DNA of 64,000 nucleotides from positions 64,001 to 128,000 of the forward strand of contig JBFWOZ010000001.1 in the NCBI GenBank assembly GCA_050250255.1, read 5' to 3'. The DNA is from Bdellovibrionales bacterium (GTDB taxonomy: Bacteria; Bdellovibrionota; Bdellovibrionia; Bdellovibrionales; DASUEL01). The translations under genes were made by a program, and so were the position numbers. Below the pieces are notes generated by a model. The model was not told where the DNA came from and did not search any database. It saw only the letters and a list, made by a program, of their open reading frames with translations. Shown here one piece after another: positions 36,561 to 46,537 of this stretch. Each line of letters starts with the position of its first letter. Positions within the stretch are counted from its first letter, which is position 1.

Positions 36561-37310
36561 ATGAAGTCAAATTATGTAGTAAAATCAAGCATTTCCATTC
36601 GCTGGATTTTGATTATCACAAGCGTTCTTTGGATGAGCTCCATGCTCGTTGCATGTGGGAGCGATAAGAAAAACTCTGAAAATGCAGCTCCAGCAGCAGC
36701 CCCTGCACCCACTGTCTCCACTCAAAACCTTCCACGTCAAAACATGATTGTACGTGTGAACCAAACTGGCCAGGCAGAATACGCAGCTGTCGATTTTAAT
36801 CCAAAAGCGAATCGTCGCCAGTTGAGTTCGCTAGCACAAAACCCTCGTTTGCAATGGGCTCCAGTGAATTCTCAAGCGGTGATCAATCAGCAACAAGGTT
36901 ACCCGCAAGCTCAAGATAACAACTTTTACTTCGTACAAGAGCCAAACAATTTCCAAGGTCAAAACATTCAGGACTCATCAGAAGAACAGACCATGGAAAC
37001 AAACAATATCCGTGTAGATTTAGGAAACGGCTATTATCCGAATACAGCTTATCAAACAGCTTATTACGATGGTGCTTACAACTACGGTTACCACCGATAT
37101 CCTTACTACAACGGTGCCTATTACTACGGTCAGTATCGTTATCAGCATTACTATCCTCGTAATCCGTACGCTTACTACAATAGCTACAACAACTTTAATT
37201 ACCAGCCAGTTTACTACAGCAACTACAGCTACAACTATTATGTGCCTTGTTACTACTACAACGCTCCTCGATACGGTTACTCGTACTATTACTATTCTTA
37301 CTGGTGGTAA
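36561..37310 (+). CDS. Lipoprotein with Q/N-rich middle and Tyr-rich C-terminal domain
   Basis: GAGAGG RBS before ATG 36561; lipobox LVAC; the last 92 aa contain 39 Tyr. Confidence 0.8.
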   Translation: MKSNYVVKSSISIRWILIITSVLWMSSMLVACGSDKKNSENAAPAAAPAPTVSTQNLPRQNMIVRVNQTGQAEYAAVDFNPKANRRQLSSLAQNPRLQWAPVNSQAVINQQQGYPQAQDNNFYFVQEPNNFQGQNIQDSSEEQTMETNNIRVDLGNGYYPNTAYQTAYYDGAYNYGYHRYPYYNGAYYYGQYRYQHYYPRNPYAYYNSYNNFNYQPVYYSNYSYNYYVPCYYYNAPRYGYSYYYYSYWW

Positions 37311-37359
37311 GTCGTTTCTCGGGACATGAATTTAAAAGAAATAATATAGGGAGAAAAAA

Positions 37360-38025
37360 ATGAAGTACTTATTGATCGCGAGTTTGATGTTGGTTCTCGG
37401 TGCTTGTCAAAAAGATGAGAACAAGTCGAATCAAGCACCTGCTAATCCTGCCGTGAACAGCGGTGGTGGTGAAGCTGGTGTAGATGGTTCAAGCGATAAA
37501 GGTGAGCAAGAGCAACGCTACCCAGGTTACTACAACGGTGTTGCTAACTTAGATGGCGTTTGGGTGACAGATTGTCGTCCTGGTCGTTACCTCTGGAATG
37601 TTCAAGGGCTCGGCGCTCAGCCTGCTGAGTTCAGCCGCGAAATCGTGATTTTTGGTAAAGATAGAAATGGTTCGAACACCATTCGCTATATCATCGAAGA
37701 TTCTTCCGAATATGATTACGATTGTGATTCAGAACCTAACTTCACTCGCACACGTCTTGATCTTAAAGGTGTTTACGCAATCACTCGTCAGATTAAGGCC
37801 GAAGGAAACTTACTTCAGCTGTCAATCACTCACACTTCATGTGGTGGAGCCGTTTGCGGCCCTCATTCGAACTTAAGCATGCTTGGCATTTTCCCAAATG
37901 ACATCCGCACAGTTCGCGTGATCAATAATCAAGGCCGAGCTGCCGATTTGATTTTTGGTTCGCAAACAGGTCCAAGACAGTTAAATCAGGACCTCACAAG
38001 AATTTTTAAATACCGCACTTACTAA
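37360..38025 (+). CDS. Hypothetical lipoprotein
   Basis: Lipobox LGAC; GGGGAG RBS; GVWVTDC lipocalin-like GxW start of the folded domain. Confidence 0.8.
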   Translation: MKYLLIASLMLVLGACQKDENKSNQAPANPAVNSGGGEAGVDGSSDKGEQEQRYPGYYNGVANLDGVWVTDCRPGRYLWNVQGLGAQPAEFSREIVIFGKDRNGSNTIRYIIEDSSEYDYDCDSEPNFTRTRLDLKGVYAITRQIKAEGNLLQLSITHTSCGGAVCGPHSNLSMLGIFPNDIRTVRVINNQGRAADLIFGSQTGPRQLNQDLTRIFKYRTY

Positions 38026-39710
38026 TGACGTAAGAGCTGTTGAGCGTGGGCGAGACTGGTCTGAGTGATCTTCTCGCCTGAAATCAAGCGGGCAATTTCT
38101 TTGACCCGCTCTTCTTTTTTAAGCCCCATGACAGTTGTCTGATACGATTTTCCGGCCTTACTTTTCTGAATTAAAAAGTGAACATCTCCATGGGCGGCGA
38201 CCTGTGGTAAGTGAGTGACGCAAATCACTTGCTGTCCTTTGGCGATGGACTTAAGTTTGCGCCCTACTTTTTCTGCTGTTTGACCACTCACGCCCGTATC
38301 GACTTCGTCAAAGAGGCAGGTGCGAGGTAGCTCGGCCTGACCAATTACTGATTTCAAAGCAAGAAGGATACGACTTAGTTCTCCTCCGCTCGCTGATTTA
38401 GCAAGCGAACGGGCTTTGTCTTGTCCGGCACTTTTAATCATGAATTCAAGATCGGTAGTGCCCGTGGAGTTCCACTCGGTGAGAGACTCGCAGAGGATTT
38501 CAAAATTCACACCCTTCATATCAAGATCGTTTAGTTGATCATTGACCTCTTGAACAAGGAGTTTGCTGGCAGTCGCTCGCTTTTTATGGAGGTCCTTGGA
38601 GAGTTTTGTGAGCTCTTCTGAAATTTTCGATTGCTCTTGCTTGAGGTTTTGCAGAGTCTCTGAGGAAGTTTCGAGAGTGCGAATTTCTTTTTCCATATTG
38701 TCGAAGGAGTTGAGAACATCCTCAACTGTAGGCCCGTATTTTTTGAGGAGTGTTTTAAGATCACTTCTGCGTTTTTCCAAAGTTTCGAGAGAGCTTCCGT
38801 CGCCATCAAGAGATTCACTGTAAGAACGAATGTTGTAGACGGAATCTTCGATCAGTGTTTTTGCCTGTCTTAAAGTTTCGACATAAGCTTCAATTTTAGG
38901 ATCAAAACTTGCGAGTTCGGCACCACGTTGAATAATTTTATGAGTACGAACAAGAGCGGAGTCATCATCTCCATAAAGTGCCGTTTCTGTCGACTGAGCC
39001 CATTGGCTGAGCTGATGAGCATTTTTGATTTTTAGGTATTCGCGCTCAAGCTCTTCTTCTTCACCATCACGAATTTGGAAACCTTTGATTTCATCGCGTT
39101 GGTAACAGAGAAAGTCGAGACGTTGTACCCGGGTTTTCTCATTGGCTTCGATGGTTTGAATTTCGGTTGAAATTTCATTCCAACGGTTGAACAGATCGGA
39201 GAATTTTTTTCGTTGTGCGGTTGTCCCTGCGTATTGATCGAGAGTGTTGAGGTGATAGGATTTTGAAAGAAGGCTTTTGTTTTCGTGTTGGCCGGTTAAT
39301 TCAATCAAAGGCGCGTTCAGATCGGCACTTTCGATGAGAGGGGCGACTAGCTCTTGAAGACTTGTGAGTGGGCTTAATGAACCATTGATGTAGACGCGGC
39401 TTTTTCCTTGAGTCGAAATCATTCTTCGAACGATGAGGAGACCATCATCGGTTTCAATTCCAAGCTCCTGCAATTTTTGGAGAAGGTCAGGTCTTTTTTG
39501 GATATCAAAAGAGCCTTCAACGGTCGCGGCCTCATCTTCGTTTCGAACGAGATCCGAAGAAGCCTTCGCACCCATCAAAAGAGAAAGAGATTTCATGAGA
39601 ATAGATTTTCCGGCACCCGTTTCTCCGCTGAGAATATTGAATCCAGGTTTGAATTCGATATGAATATTATCAATGGTGGCAAAGTGAGAAACTTTGAGTT
39701 CAATAAGCAT
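38022..39710 (-). CDS. recN: DNA repair protein RecN
   Basis: GETGAGKS, ASGGELSR, FDEVDTGVSG and VTHLPQVA motifs; start at ATG 39710. Confidence 0.96.
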   Translation of the reverse strand: MLIELKVSHFATIDNIHIEFKPGFNILSGETGAGKSILMKSLSLLMGAKASSDLVRNEDEAATVEGSFDIQKRPDLLQKLQELGIETDDGLLIVRRMISTQGKSRVYINGSLSPLTSLQELVAPLIESADLNAPLIELTGQHENKSLLSKSYHLNTLDQYAGTTAQRKKFSDLFNRWNEISTEIQTIEANEKTRVQRLDFLCYQRDEIKGFQIRDGEEEELEREYLKIKNAHQLSQWAQSTETALYGDDDSALVRTHKIIQRGAELASFDPKIEAYVETLRQAKTLIEDSVYNIRSYSESLDGDGSSLETLEKRRSDLKTLLKKYGPTVEDVLNSFDNMEKEIRTLETSSETLQNLKQEQSKISEELTKLSKDLHKKRATASKLLVQEVNDQLNDLDMKGVNFEILCESLTEWNSTGTTDLEFMIKSAGQDKARSLAKSASGGELSRILLALKSVIGQAELPRTCLFDEVDTGVSGQTAEKVGRKLKSIAKGQQVICVTHLPQVAAHGDVHFLIQKSKAGKSYQTTVMGLKKEERVKEIARLISGEKITQTSLAHAQQLLRH

Positions 39711-39818
39711 GGAGCCTCCGTTTCCCAAACATATCAATTTTAGATCGCTTGTCGAGGGCTCTTACTTTCAGCGGCTCGCATTATCCGAAGAACGCCTGGA
39801 ACCTGCGTCCTGCGCCGC

Positions 39819-40673
39819 CTAGGTACGGTGGCCAAACTCTAATTTCGAATTCAGGAGCTCAAAATAATCCCTTTGGGATTCAATTTTATAATGCTTTTTG
39901 TCGGACCTTGTCACAATCACCGTACAATCCTGGGTCAAATCACATCCATGCTGGCCATCAACCATGAGAAGCGCTTCTTGCTTTTGGTTTAAGCTGATTT
40001 GAATTTTATGATGATCCGAGAAAGTGACGGGTCTTGAAGTTAAGCTATGCGGACAGACGGGAGTCACCACCACCGCGGCAACTTCGGGATGGAGAATCGG
40101 GCCGCCAGCAGACAGATTGTAAGCGGTCGATCCGGTAGGGGTTGAAACGATCAATCCATCAGCGCGCACGCGACTGACTAAGGATTGGTCCGCAAACACA
40201 CTCAAATCAATCAAGTGAGTGTTCGAACCTCTCTCTACCACCACGTCGTTAAGAGCTAAAAAATTCTTAATTGTTTTCCCACGTTTTTTTACGGACACCT
40301 GAAGCATAGAACGAGAGATAGGTTTTATTTTTAATTTTAAAAAACGATCTAAAGTTTTGAAGACATCTTGTTCGCTTGTCTCTGTGAGAAAACCCAAGTG
40401 ACCTAGGTTGATTCCTAATACAGGAACGGGAAGGCCTTTCAGCGCTCTTACTGCGTGGAGGTAGGTACCATCACCACCGATGGCGATGGCGAGTTTCATA
40501 CTTTTCAAATTGGTAGTAAGCGTGAGTGGCTGAGTGTGTTTTAGCGACTCTACTTTCAAATCGCACCAGACTTGAATTCTACGTCGCTGAAACCATTCAT
40601 TCACTTTTTCAGCGACGACGAGAGCTTGTTTTTTATCTCTTCTCACGAAGAGAGCGATATTGAGTTTTGCCAT
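39819..40673 (-). CDS. nadK: NAD kinase
   Basis: GGDGT, GINLGHLGFL and STPTGSTAYNLSAGGP motifs. Confidence 0.95.
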   Translation of the reverse strand: MAKLNIALFVRRDKKQALVVAEKVNEWFQRRRIQVWCDLKVESLKHTQPLTLTTNLKSMKLAIAIGGDGTYLHAVRALKGLPVPVLGINLGHLGFLTETSEQDVFKTLDRFLKLKIKPISRSMLQVSVKKRGKTIKNFLALNDVVVERGSNTHLIDLSVFADQSLVSRVRADGLIVSTPTGSTAYNLSAGGPILHPEVAAVVVTPVCPHSLTSRPVTFSDHHKIQISLNQKQEALLMVDGQHGCDLTQDCTVIVTRSDKKHYKIESQRDYFELLNSKLEFGHRT

Positions 40674-40719
40674 ACATTAACGGCTAATATAGCCAGCACT
40701 GTTTGTCTAAGAGAATCTC

Positions 40720-41226
40720 TTACTGACAAACACCAATGCTTGAATACTGAGTTTGCGACCAGTTGTGGTAAGGGTTTTGGATTTGATTAATCGGACGACA
40801 AACACCTGATGGGCATGAGTTAGGCATAGCCGGATTGCAATTCATCAAATAACCATATTGACCTTGCTGTTGTTGACATCCTGACCATGGTTGTCGGTAG
40901 TAAGTTTGTGGTTGAGGAATTTGAACACACGCTAAGCCCCAGTTGGCATCATAGATGGGAGTTGTTCCGTAAGGACATGCGTTACAGTTGTTATATCCTT
41001 GTGAAGGAATGTATCCTGCGTAGTAACCATTGTTCACGGGATAAGCGCTGTATCCAGCAGGGTAGCTACTCCACGAACATCCGTAGCCGCCGCTTTGGAC
41101 ACATTGGGAGTTTCGCTGCTGAGGAACTCCGGCGGTTTCTTTATTTTGGTCTTTGTCTTTTCCACAACCCAAGCACAACAACACGAGGGCCAGACTCCAA
41201 CACAAATTCTTCATTAAATTTTTCAT
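40720..41226 (-). CDS. Cys/Tyr/Gly/Gln-rich lipoprotein
   Basis: Lipobox CLGC; ten further Cys; AGGAG RBS. Confidence 0.75.
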   Translation of the reverse strand: MKNLMKNLCWSLALVLLCLGCGKDKDQNKETAGVPQQRNSQCVQSGGYGCSWSSYPAGYSAYPVNNGYYAGYIPSQGYNNCNACPYGTTPIYDANWGLACVQIPQPQTYYRQPWSGCQQQQGQYGYLMNCNPAMPNSCPSGVCRPINQIQNPYHNWSQTQYSSIGVCQ

Positions 41227-41499
41227 CGCTCTCTCCTACTTTTTTTCCAGCACTTTCGTCTGCGCAGACCTAGACGATTTCGTGCTGCAAATTTGATTTA
41301 TCATCCAACATCTTTGTAAAAATTACTGAACAGTGACGTTGAATGGCTCCCTACAGAACCTATGACGCACATGTCCAATAAATATGCCAACTCTTTAAAA
41401 ATTAAAGTGTTTAGAAGAAGTTAACTAAGAAAAGACGGGATAGATCTTTAGTCCTAAGTCCATCGTAAAGGAGCCCTATTGTTCCGATGAAATAATTAC

Positions 41500-44400
41500 T
41501 TGCTGTACAATAACCCTATGGTAGGAACGGACCTCAACTTTGGGAAGTTGCGTAAGCAGCATGAGGGGTTTTGGGGGATCGAAGTGTACAAAATAAGGGG
41601 CAGTTTTTTTTCTAAGCCACTACGCAAAGGATTGAAATCTTTTGTAGGGCTTTGCCTTTTAACAACTGTGGTTTCTTGCCAGCAGACTGTGAACCCTCCG
41701 GAATTCACAGGAATGAATGAAAAGTCTGATTACGAATCCTGTAAAGATGCACGTTTCAAATTAGAAGAACAAACGCCGCAGAGTTTTCGTTCGTTAATGA
41801 CCTGCGTGAATGGAGCAGGGAAAACGATCCAGCCCTACGTCGACCTTCTCGCAACATTTTCTGACGAAGAGTTGCAGGTAGTTATTACGGGTTTTGAAAA
41901 GCAGTTTAGACCTTACCTGAACCAGTCACTTGATCTTCTCCACCGCATGACTTCACGAGGTCTTTTGCGAGATCTGGCTCTCAATGTGTCGGTACTTGCA
42001 GAAACAGGCCAATTGAAGTCTGTCGTTGAAACTTTAAGAACGGCTTACCTTCAAGGCGAAACCTATTCAGATCCGAACATGGTTCAATTACAGAAGAGCG
42101 TAGTGGAACTCATTGAGCGCGATGAATTAAAACCCGCTCTCATCGCGTTAGCGAAGCTGTACGATAGTCCACCTTCTTGGCAGGGCGCCGCCTATATGAG
42201 CCGTTCACTTCCTGACGAAAAGCTCACCTCAAAATACTTTCTAAAATGGCTTTCTGGAATTGTTCCGCAGGTGGAACAACAAAATACATTAGATACGCTT
42301 TTTCAGTTGGCATCAGATTCGGCGACCATCGAAGCGGCGGGTAGTTACTCTGAGGAAGAGATGCAAGGGATGGCCTATTTCCTACAAGTTTTGTGGGGAG
42401 AAGGTTTGGGAGAAGTGCACATCCCACAAATTCAAAAACTATTCCGTGGTTTGAATAAAGAGCTTCAGTGTTATGAAAGATCTGGAAAAAGTTTTTACTT
42501 CCAAAATGCATTAAGCATTGATGCGCAAGAATCAGCTCGTCGTCGTGGAAACAAACAGAGTCTTGATCGCTTTTATGGAGTCGAAGTTCCTTTTATTTTC
42601 AGTTCTACTTTACGCGACTGTAACGTGCCTCCGGATATTTTACGAACTTACTCATCAGTTATAAATATGGTAGCCAAAGGGGCAAGTGTAGGGATGTCGG
42701 CCGTAAAAGTTCCTTTTACAGCACCAGGCAGAATAAACAGCTTAAGCGAATTTATTTTAAGTCCGCTGTTTGGAGACTACCAAAACATTCAGAAGATGAG
42801 CACCTTACGTCGTATCGATCTTCCGTTGTTCAAAAGTTATGTTGGCTTAAGTGACGCTGACAAAAAGTCTCTTGCACGCTTGCTGAGCTTTCTCTCTACA
42901 CCAGATGTAAAGGGGGATGCGGTTATCACGTGGGCGAACACGAATCTCAATAATGATTTAGCGGCGCGAGCTAAAATTATTTTTGCCTCACTCGCAGTTC
43001 CACGAAATACGCTCTATGACCTACTCTTAGCAACAGCGGGGAAAGATCTTGAGCTCGAATACACATTACGTTTAAAAATTGCCTCTTCTGCTTCAGTGAA
43101 ATCCGTACGTCCCATCATGGATGTGGTATCTAAATTAGTTTCAAAAAATCCTGATACCGTTCGCTCCCTTGTTGAGAGTTATACCCAAATGCTCAGCAAT
43201 CAAAAAGGTGGATGGGGAGCGATATTCTCCATTCTGGCAGAAAGCAGTGAGCTGGCAGAAGAAAAGCCGATTCAAAATTGGATGAAAGTCCTCCTTTCTG
43301 ATGAGAAATATTTTGAGCAGTTACGTGCGGTGCTTTTCAAGGCTTCTCAAAAACCTGAGTTCACAAAGGCAATGGAGTTCACATCGGGATTTGCGTTATC
43401 TACAGACTTTGAAGGATTTCTCAAATTCATGATGGAGATTTTCGTCTACTCCGGTGAGAAGGGTTTAGCCACTCAACCAAATCCAAACGGTTACCGCCGT
43501 CCGACAGCTCGTCAATATCAATGGGCCGATGCGCAGCCTTTAGTGAGTGCGGCACCGAGCTTTGAAATAGAAAGCTGCAAAAAAGTCACGGGCTCCATTT
43601 TTGAACGTGGTTCTACAGATTTCCTCAACGTTTTAAAGTGTGTCTCAACAGAAGCAGATGACAAAGGGCTTGGGCGTATAGCGGAAATGCTCGAACGAAC
43701 GGGTCATCTTGCCGTTTTTCAAGATCTTTTCAGTCGACGAGTGTTTGGCGAACAGCAAATCCATAACTTTCTTATTGATATGGAACGATGGCAGAGTTCT
43801 GGAGATCTCACAAAGTTCTACGAGCTTGTGGCCACCATCATCAATCCTCAGCATGGCTTAGTTCAAATATTAGATCCTGTTCTCTATAAAGTGTTATCAA
43901 ATGCGGCTCCAGAAAGTTTTGAAGGTTTTGGAAAACTTCTTTTAAATCCTCAGACGACGACGGCAATGACAGGATTGTTTGATGCGATTTCTCAAGATCA
44001 GGCAAAACCTTTCTTTTCATCTCAAGACAACTTCCAGATGCCGGTAGAAAACTCTCAAGAGCTTGTGCGACAGGGGCTAGCTCGCGTACCAAATGTGGGC
44101 GAGGCAACAGTACGAAGCGAACTTCAGAAGTACATTGAGCGATCTGATGCCTATTTCTATGATCATCAGCTTTTCAAGCCTGCTTCTGAACAGGCGATGC
44201 GCGAAGACTTCTGGCGAATATTATTCCAATTGCTGCGTACAAATCCAGAGGAGAAGACGGGCGATTTAGAAGAAATTCTCTATGCTCTCAGAGATTTGGC
44301 GGAGTGGGATAGAACAGGCCAAGTCGATGTTGCAGGCTTCATCCGATGGGGCGTGACTCAGGTAAAACCAGTACCCTATTACGTAGGTGAATCTGATCAT

Positions 44401-45657
44401 CCAAGTGTTCGCTTTGTAAGCCCATTTGATCAATTGGATATCCTCGTTGCAAATGCGGACATGTCTGTTCTTGCGTGGCTTCCAATTGTCGGTGCCGACC
44501 ACATGGGTACACACTTTCAAATTGAGGTTGCAAAGTCTCGTAATCTGAATGAGACCCTCGCCTCTTTGAGGGGAGAGCTTAAGCTCGGGATTGCGGCAAG
44601 AGGTTTAGGGTTGATCTCGCAGAAACAATTTAATCATTTAAGAAATGGGAGTGAGAGTTTTGATGTCCTCGAAGAGGCGCATAAGAGAAATTATTTAGTG
44701 ATTTTACAGCGCATATATCAAGCCTTAATGAGAGCGACTCCTCCTAAGTACAAGACAAAGCAAGATCCTGTTTTGAACCACCTGTCTTTGATTCATCAAC
44801 CGACACGTTGGGCGATGTTCTCCAAACTTGTGTCTGCATTTCGCAGTGTCGAAGCTCAAGGGCAATTAACTCATTACGTGAAGGCTCTTTTACAACTTGT
44901 AAGAACCATACCACCTTCGGATAACGGCGTGGTGAGAGCTGCATTTACACGAATGTTGACTCGGGATCCTGGGCAAATATCGCAAATGGATGCGCTCATC
45001 GGCCATATTTTTGCGCTGCCGGTACAGGATGGAAGTTTCAAAAACTTCAAAGACTTTTTATACCATATGGCGTTTGCTTGGCCGCGAACGCTAGGCCGCT
45101 CTTACGGGCTTTTTGAAATCACCAAAGACGTAGATTTGCAGACAATGCTAGCTCTCTTGGAAGAGCTAAATAAGGATTTGAAAAAAGGTGCGAGCTCGGA
45201 AAGTTTTAAAACGATAACTCAACTGGCAAATCTTGAGACCGAATCTGCGCGTGCGTTGCGTGTTGTTACAACTCAGATGATGGAGCCTCAAGCTTTTGGT
45301 AAGAGCTACTTCTACACCATGAGTTCCCCATGGCTCAATTTCTACGAAAATGATCGAGCTCAATACAATGCCTTCATGGATGCGCTTAAGGCCGTGTTGA
45401 ATAGTGGCCAGCTTAACAAAAAAGAAACACTTCAGCTCGTAAAGCGATTGCTGACTCAATATAGTGTTGTTCGAGATGTCCTTGGTGGAGCTTTGTCGGA
45501 TCGACAAGATCGTGAAAATATACGTCTCGCGATTTTAGAACTCCTCAGGCAAAATGGAACGAAGGAATTGCTAGAGAGTTTCACCGTTTCTTACAAGTCT
45601 GGCGAAATTCAGGACCTACTCACTCTCATTAATAAATACCGACGCTCATCTCGTTAA
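41500..45657 (+). CDS. Very large hypothetical helical protein, probable lipoprotein (true start likely downstream, e.g. GTG 41584)
   Basis: 1385-codon ORF; VVSC lipobox-like site at residue 60; repeated ESC-x20-CV motif. Confidence 0.8.
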   Translation: MLYNNPMVGTDLNFGKLRKQHEGFWGIEVYKIRGSFFSKPLRKGLKSFVGLCLLTTVVSCQQTVNPPEFTGMNEKSDYESCKDARFKLEEQTPQSFRSLMTCVNGAGKTIQPYVDLLATFSDEELQVVITGFEKQFRPYLNQSLDLLHRMTSRGLLRDLALNVSVLAETGQLKSVVETLRTAYLQGETYSDPNMVQLQKSVVELIERDELKPALIALAKLYDSPPSWQGAAYMSRSLPDEKLTSKYFLKWLSGIVPQVEQQNTLDTLFQLASDSATIEAAGSYSEEEMQGMAYFLQVLWGEGLGEVHIPQIQKLFRGLNKELQCYERSGKSFYFQNALSIDAQESARRRGNKQSLDRFYGVEVPFIFSSTLRDCNVPPDILRTYSSVINMVAKGASVGMSAVKVPFTAPGRINSLSEFILSPLFGDYQNIQKMSTLRRIDLPLFKSYVGLSDADKKSLARLLSFLSTPDVKGDAVITWANTNLNNDLAARAKIIFASLAVPRNTLYDLLLATAGKDLELEYTLRLKIASSASVKSVRPIMDVVSKLVSKNPDTVRSLVESYTQMLSNQKGGWGAIFSILAESSELAEEKPIQNWMKVLLSDEKYFEQLRAVLFKASQKPEFTKAMEFTSGFALSTDFEGFLKFMMEIFVYSGEKGLATQPNPNGYRRPTARQYQWADAQPLVSAAPSFEIESCKKVTGSIFERGSTDFLNVLKCVSTEADDKGLGRIAEMLERTGHLAVFQDLFSRRVFGEQQIHNFLIDMERWQSSGDLTKFYELVATIINPQHGLVQILDPVLYKVLSNAAPESFEGFGKLLLNPQTTTAMTGLFDAISQDQAKPFFSSQDNFQMPVENSQELVRQGLARVPNVGEATVRSELQKYIERSDAYFYDHQLFKPASEQAMREDFWRILFQLLRTNPEEKTGDLEEILYALRDLAEWDRTGQVDVAGFIRWGVTQVKPVPYYVGESDHPSVRFVSPFDQLDILVANADMSVLAWLPIVGADHMGTHFQIEVAKSRNLNETLASLRGELKLGIAARGLGLISQKQFNHLRNGSESFDVLEEAHKRNYLVILQRIYQALMRATPPKYKTKQDPVLNHLSLIHQPTRWAMFSKLVSAFRSVEAQGQLTHYVKALLQLVRTIPPSDNGVVRAAFTRMLTRDPGQISQMDALIGHIFALPVQDGSFKNFKDFLYHMAFAWPRTLGRSYGLFEITKDVDLQTMLALLEELNKDLKKGASSESFKTITQLANLETESARALRVVTTQMMEPQAFGKSYFYTMSSPWLNFYENDRAQYNAFMDALKAVLNSGQLNKKETLQLVKRLLTQYSVVRDVLGGALSDRQDRENIRLAILELLRQNGTKELLESFTVSYKSGEIQDLLTLINKYRRSSR

Positions 45658-45698
45658 TCCGTTGAGCTTGATACTTCTATCGACTTAAGACTAGCGAG

Positions 45699-45748
45699 AA
45701 GCTCCTTCTAAAGACCTGATACAACGGGTCTTTGGCGAAGCTTTTTTT
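45699..45748 (+). terminator. Intrinsic terminator
   Basis: CTAAAGACCTG/CGGGTCTTTGG stem, outer AAGCT/AGCTT pairing, T7 tail. Confidence 0.6.
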
Positions 45749-45770
45749 GCTTTGAGATACACTTAAAAGA

Positions 45771-46523
45771 GTGAATCCAGTTTTTGTATTGACCATTCTT
45801 TTACACATTTTCTTCGTGGCAAACGCAGAGGCCAGAGTTGCTAAGCTCAAGGATCAAACTCTTGCTACATATATTCACGGAACCTTTGGTCTTTCGTTAA
45901 TAGGAAAGTCGCCTTACGAAAGAGCTGACGTCACTTTTACAAATCAAGTGGCGTACAATGCCTCAGGTGAAATCGGCGCCCTATTTACCTTATCGCGAAC
46001 TAATTTTAAATTAGGTTTAGAGGTGATTCGTCCGCAATTGATTCAAGGTGCTCAAGCCCAGGGTGCGGGTGAGGTCACGCTTTATCGTGTGACGAGCGGA
46101 ATTGTTTCTTATGGCCCCACATTAGGTTTCGATTTTCTTTTGGGTAGTTACGATAACTTTCGTTTCTATATTACTTCCTCTATTGGCTATATGAAGACCA
46201 CGCTAAAGAATGATTATGCCTTTACGGATGAGGGGCGCACTCAATACAGTTTGATAGATCACACCGAAGAGGGTTCTGCCTATAACGTTATGAGCCGCGG
46301 CGGCTTGGGGATGGAGTTTTCATTTTCAGATAATACTTCTCTGGCAATGGATTTGGGTTATCGCTCTCTGGTGGCGACGGGTTTGGTGCATGAGCGACCG
46401 GCAGCGACCTTCAATGGAACGGTTAGCGCTGGAGATGTCATGAAGGATCCTAACGGGAATAACCGCAAGGTGGATTTGAGTGGGGCATGGATCGGTATGG
46501 GGCTTCGCTTCTATTTTCCGTAA
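45771..46523 (+). CDS. Outer-membrane beta-barrel protein
   Basis: Signal peptide, alternating amphipathic strands, C-terminal GLRFYFP. Confidence 0.75.
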   Translation: MNPVFVLTILLHIFFVANAEARVAKLKDQTLATYIHGTFGLSLIGKSPYERADVTFTNQVAYNASGEIGALFTLSRTNFKLGLEVIRPQLIQGAQAQGAGEVTLYRVTSGIVSYGPTLGFDFLLGSYDNFRFYITSSIGYMKTTLKNDYAFTDEGRTQYSLIDHTEEGSAYNVMSRGGLGMEFSFSDNTSLAMDLGYRSLVATGLVHERPAATFNGTVSAGDVMKDPNGNNRKVDLSGAWIGMGLRFYFP

Positions 46524-46537
46524 TATCTATTGCGATG

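Noticed and set aside
39711..39818. LexA/SOS box upstream of recN
   Set aside because: No palindrome matching a LexA box I know was found.
41374..41389. sigma54-like TGGCATATTTATTGGA upstream of the Cys-rich lipoprotein
   Set aside because: Good -24 box but non-canonical -12 (GG), so it was left uncalled.
41466..41490. sigma28-like TAAA...TCCGATGA upstream of the giant ORF
   Set aside because: The spacer is only 13 nt and the -10 box has two mismatches.
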